Origin: an uncultured Gemmatimonadales bacterium
Lineage (GTDB): Bacteria > Gemmatimonadota > Gemmatimonadetes > Gemmatimonadales > GWC2-71-9
Assembly (NCBI GenBank): GCA_963779755.1
Contig: CAVZZO010000003.1
Span: 928,001 to 992,000 of the forward strand
Direction: 5' to 3'
DNA length: 64,000 bases
Shown here: positions 60,345 through 64,000 of the stretch, one piece after another
How positions within the stretch are numbered: the first letter of the stretch is position 1
Layout: the number at the start of each line of letters is the position of its first letter
Position numbers and translations under genes: made by a program
Notes under the pieces: model-generated
What the model saw: only the letters and a program-made list of their open reading frames with translations
Databases searched by the model: none
What the model was told of the DNA's origin: nothing

Positions 60345-61135
60345 CAGAGGCTCCCGGTGCGCCCGCCGTCCACCGGCAGATTGATGCCGCTGATGTAGCC
60401 GGCCGCCGGCGAGGCGAGGAACGCCACCGCTGCGGCGGTCTCCTCCGGATGGGCGAAGCGCCCCAGCGGAATGGCGCGCAGCATTTCCTGCTCGATGTCC
60501 GAGCGATCCCGCCCCTGTTTCTCCGCCCGGGCATCGATCAGGTCGTCGTGCCGGCCGGTCAGCGTGGCGCCCGGCAGGATGTTATTGACCGTAATACCCC
60601 ACTGCCCCACCTCGTTGGCCAGCGTCTTGGCCCAGCCGGCCACCGCCCAGCGCGTGGTGTTGGATACGCCGAGTCCGTGAATCGGCTGCTTCACCGAGGT
60701 CGAGATGATGTTGATGATCCGGCCATAGCCCAGCTCCCGCATCCCGGGCACCAGCAACTGGGCCAGATAATGATTGCAGACCAGGTGGGCGCGGAAGGCG
60801 CCAAGAAAGTCGTCGGCGGTGGCCTGGAGCAGCGGGCCGCCGGGGGGGCCGCCGGTGTTATTGACCAGAATGTGAAGGCCGGCATGCTCCCCGAGATGCG
60901 CCCGCACCGTCTGGCGCACTGTCTCGGGATCTGTGAAGTCTGCCACCAGAAATGTGTGAGGGCCGGCCTGATCGGGGAGCACCGGCAGGGCCTCGCGCGT
61001 CTGCAGCAGATGTTCCCGGTTGCGGGCGAGCAGGACGATCTGGGCGCCCTGCCGCGCCAGCTCCATGGCGCAGGCCCGGCCAATCCCCTGCGTGCTGCCG
61101 CAGACCAGGGCCCGCTTGCCTGTCAAAGTATTCAT
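60344..61135 (-). CDS. SDR-family oxidoreductase (atypical active site)
   Basis: CGSTQGIG, LVNNTGGP, SNTTR at the YxxxK position, VDGG. Confidence 0.9.
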   Translation of the reverse strand: MNTLTGKRALVCGSTQGIGRACAMELARQGAQIVLLARNREHLLQTREALPVLPDQAGPHTFLVADFTDPETVRQTVRAHLGEHAGLHILVNNTGGPPGGPLLQATADDFLGAFRAHLVCNHYLAQLLVPGMRELGYGRIINIISTSVKQPIHGLGVSNTTRWAVAGWAKTLANEVGQWGITVNNILPGATLTGRHDDLIDARAEKQGRDRSDIEQEMLRAIPLGRFAHPEETAAAVAFLASPAAGYISGINLPVDGGRTGSL

Positions 61136-61327
61136 GGTCGAGGAAGCTAGGCGTGAAGACTGGCCGGTGCCAGCGCCGGCGTTTTTCACGCCGGAATGAA
61201 GGCCGGCTACGGTTTGCATGTAAAAGCGATTAGCGCTCTCTAACACCGCATTCACCGGGATCTCAGGCCGCCGCCTCTAGGTTCGTTTCTGCACATAGTA
61301 GTCGGACCACACCCATAGGAGGGCCTC

Positions 61328-63220
61328 ATGAGAAGGAATACGGTCCTCACCGGATTGGCACTGGCGGGTTTCGCATCTCTGGTGACGATCTCGTGCGGGG
61401 ACAATACCAAAGCAACGAAAGTCCTGGACCCGATCGGCTCGGTCAGTATTGCGGCGCCCACGGCACCGCCGGTCGTGCTCCAGATCGGAGAAACCCACCA
61501 GTTCACCGCGGAGGTCCGCTACGCCACCGGCGAGTTGGTCGAACGCCAGTTTACCCTCACCTACGGCTCCAGTGACCTGGCCATCGTCACCATCAACAGT
61601 TCGGGGCTGGCCACCGCGCTCTCCCCCGGCAACGTGACGATCACGGCCGAGGTGGAAGGGGTCCAGGGCACGGCCGTCGTCATGGTACCGGTGCCCGGCG
61701 CGCAGCTGGCGCTCGATCCCGATAGTGTGGAGATGGACCGCGGTGCCACGCTGCAGCTCACCGCGACCGTGTACGACGCCGACCATAACATCGTGAGCCT
61801 TCCGGTGGGGTACACCAGCGCCGATCCGGCGGTCGCCACGGTGAGTGGCTCCGGCCTGGTGAGCGCGCTGGCGGCGGGCCACACGTCGGTCACGGCGGCC
61901 AGCGGCAGCCTGAGCGACGTGGTCCAGATCGTGGTGACGGAACCCGTCGCCACGGTGGACCTCCAGCCGGCCACCGCGCTCATCGCGGTGGACGACACCA
62001 TCCTGTTCACGGCGACCCCGAAGGACGCCTCGGGCCAGGCGCTCAACCGTACGGTGACCTGGACCAGCAGCGATCCGGCGGTGGCGACGGTGGATGAGAC
62101 GGGCCGGGTCATCGGGACCGGCGTGGGCGACGCGACCATCACCGCCAGCGCCGGCACCAGGCACGGCGGCGGCAGCGTCACCGTGCAGGCCAAGGTGGAT
62201 TCGGTGGCCATCACCAGCGGCGCGTCGGGCGGCGGCCCGATGGAGCCCGGTGAGACCCTGCAGCTCACCGCCACGGCCTATGACGAAGACGGCAACGTGC
62301 TGACGAACCGTACCGTCACGTGGGCGAGCAACAACGAGGCCGCCGCGACCGTCGATCAGGCCGGGCTGGTGACCGCGGTCAACACCGGGGATGCGACGAT
62401 CACCGCCACGGTGCAGCGCGTCTCGGCAACTTACGATGTGCGCGTCGTGGGCGAAACGACGACCACGGGCAACAACGCGTCGGTCCCGATCATCTTCGCC
62501 GAAGGAATCGGCATCACCCAGTTGCCGGTGAGCGACGATCCCGGCATCCGGCCGACCACGACCGAAGGGTTCACGGTGGACACGCTGCCGTTCTGGGCCA
62601 GCAGCAACACGCCGGACTGCGGAACCACGTACTACTGCCAGGGAGGCGCCAATACCTGGCGTCCGGAATTCCTGGACGGCAGCACCCTGGGCATGCAGTC
62701 GGCCCAGGTGGACTGGGGTGACAACCTGAAGAGCCACACCTTCAGTGCCGGCTCGTCGCTGCGGATCGAGATCCGGCTGTCGGCATACAATACCACTCTC
62801 CTGGGCTTCAACATGCCCTATGTGTCCGGCTCCGGTACGACCGAGATGCAGGGCACGGATGGGAGTACGGCGGCCATGGTGCCGTACATCTATGCCGTCA
62901 CTCCGCGACTCATGATCGAAAAGCTGGACGGAGAAGGCGGCAGCCCGGTGGCGACCATCTTCGACGGAGCCATCTGGGACGGCAGCTTCACCGCGGAGGT
63001 CAACGTGGGGGGCGCCGTTGCCTACGGCTACAACCTCAAGGGGGTAGACGCCGGCTGGTACCGGATCACCTTCTCGCTGGATAATTCCGCCACGGTTGGC
63101 GGAGCCACCATTCAGCGCAACGTGTCGCTCGACCAGCTGGAGCCTCCCACCGGCGAAGAGCTGTATACGCCGCAACTGAGCGGCCAGACGTCCTGGCTTG
63201 ATATCGAGCTCACTCCATAA
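61328..63220 (+). CDS. Lipoprotein with tandem bacterial Ig-like (Big_2) domains and an unassigned C-terminal domain
   Basis: Lipobox TISC; repeated W/Y-x-S-S-D...V..SGLV.A...G...IT modules; AGGAGG RBS. Confidence 0.85.
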   Translation: MRRNTVLTGLALAGFASLVTISCGDNTKATKVLDPIGSVSIAAPTAPPVVLQIGETHQFTAEVRYATGELVERQFTLTYGSSDLAIVTINSSGLATALSPGNVTITAEVEGVQGTAVVMVPVPGAQLALDPDSVEMDRGATLQLTATVYDADHNIVSLPVGYTSADPAVATVSGSGLVSALAAGHTSVTAASGSLSDVVQIVVTEPVATVDLQPATALIAVDDTILFTATPKDASGQALNRTVTWTSSDPAVATVDETGRVIGTGVGDATITASAGTRHGGGSVTVQAKVDSVAITSGASGGGPMEPGETLQLTATAYDEDGNVLTNRTVTWASNNEAAATVDQAGLVTAVNTGDATITATVQRVSATYDVRVVGETTTTGNNASVPIIFAEGIGITQLPVSDDPGIRPTTTEGFTVDTLPFWASSNTPDCGTTYYCQGGANTWRPEFLDGSTLGMQSAQVDWGDNLKSHTFSAGSSLRIEIRLSAYNTTLLGFNMPYVSGSGTTEMQGTDGSTAAMVPYIYAVTPRLMIEKLDGEGGSPVATIFDGAIWDGSFTAEVNVGGAVAYGYNLKGVDAGWYRITFSLDNSATVGGATIQRNVSLDQLEPPTGEELYTPQLSGQTSWLDIELTP

Positions 63221-63242
63221 CGGCCGGATAACCGGCTGCAGG

Positions 63243-63284
63243 CGGAGAAGGCCCCGGGCTCGCAAGAGCCCGGGGCCTTCTCCG
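63243..63284. terminator. 19-bp perfect hairpin with GCAA tetraloop
   Basis: cggagaaggccccgggctc-gcaa-gagcccggggccttctccg. Confidence 0.75.
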
Positions 63285-63455
63285 TATTCCGGGGCAGCGG
63301 CCGCTGCGGCTTTCATGATGCCCGGATGAAGCCAGCCGTCAGGATCCACGAGGCTAGCGTTAGCGCCTTCTAACGGCACATTCACGGGCCCATCACCCGC
63401 CGGTTCTTAGCTTGGGATCGCATCCTGGCAGTGGTACACCCGCAAGGAGGGCCTC

Positions 63456-64000
63456 ATGTCAAACAACCGGGTTCTGACGGGACTGGCGCTGGCGGCACTG
63501 GCGACGGTCTCGTGCAAGGCCGACAAGAAAGTTTCAGCGGTGTGGGAACCGATCGGCTCAGTCAGCATCGCGGCTCCTACCGCGCCCCCTCTGGTACTCA
63601 AGATCGGGCAGACACATCAGTTCACGGCAGAGGTCCGGCTCGCCTCAGGCGAACTGGTCGACCGCGCCTTCACGGTGATCTACGGCTCCAGCAATGCGGC
63701 CGTGGCATCGGTGACCGGCAGTGGCCTCGCCACCGCCATGGGCCCGGGAACGGCGACGATCACCGCAACGGTTGAAGGCGTGAAGGGCACCGCCGAGATC
63801 ATGGTACCGGTACCGGTGGCGGAAGTGCTCCTCACACCGGATACCGCCACGCTGGATCGGGGCGCTACGCTCCAGCTGGCCGCGGTGGTGTACGATGCCG
63901 GCGGCAATGTGCTCGCCGATCCGGTGACATTCACCAGCGGGAGTCCGGCGGTGGCGACCGTGAGCGCCGCCGGCCTGGTGACGGCAGTGAGCGTCGGTGA
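63456..64000 (+). CDS. Second Ig-like lipoprotein paralogue, runs off window (absent from ORF track)
   Basis: MSNNRVLTGLALAALATVSC...PIGSVSIAAPTAPPLVLKIGQTHQFTAEVR, closely similar to the 61328 protein; same AGGAGGGCCTCATG start. Confidence 0.88.
   Translation, partial: MSNNRVLTGLALAALATVSCKADKKVSAVWEPIGSVSIAAPTAPPLVLKIGQTHQFTAEVRLASGELVDRAFTVIYGSSNAAVASVTGSGLATAMGPGTATITATVEGVKGTAEIMVPVPVAEVLLTPDTATLDRGATLQLAAVVYDAGGNVLADPVTFTSGSPAVATVSAAGLVTAVSVG

Overview
High-GC bacterial chromosomal window. Gene content and order suggest Gemmatimonadota, which is an inference and not a database result. It is mostly housekeeping: pdhC-lpdA-lipB, dnaE-accA-ricT-metG, TPM-NTase-lemA, waaA, an F1-only atpAGDC operon, a ClC transporter, mlaEFD, an RpoD-like sigma factor lacking region 1.1, gpmA and seven CCA-less tRNA genes. 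It also holds a small metal/envelope-type accessory block between tRNA-Pro and tRNA-Arg, a near-complete tryptophan kynurenine/2-aminomuconate catabolic cluster, and two tandem Ig-like lipoprotein paralogues. No integrase, transposase, CRISPR or phage gene is visible. The unexplained structure is non-coding. (1) About 20 short-period tandem arrays (7, 8 or 9 bp), mostly intergenic, vary in unit from locus to locus and are often arranged as inverted arms around a unique core. (2) Six identical 45-bp hairpin cassettes are interleaved in a GCAGGACG octamer array behind a sigma70-type promoter upstream of tRNA-Pro. Also notable are an orphan SDR that is a candidate reductase for the 2-aminomuconate to 2-oxoadipate step, a Rex/CRP-type box at atpA, a Fur-type box, two probable single-base frameshifts (kynU, Tat amidase) and several apparently leaderless genes. 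All product calls come from reading motifs by eye; no searches were run.
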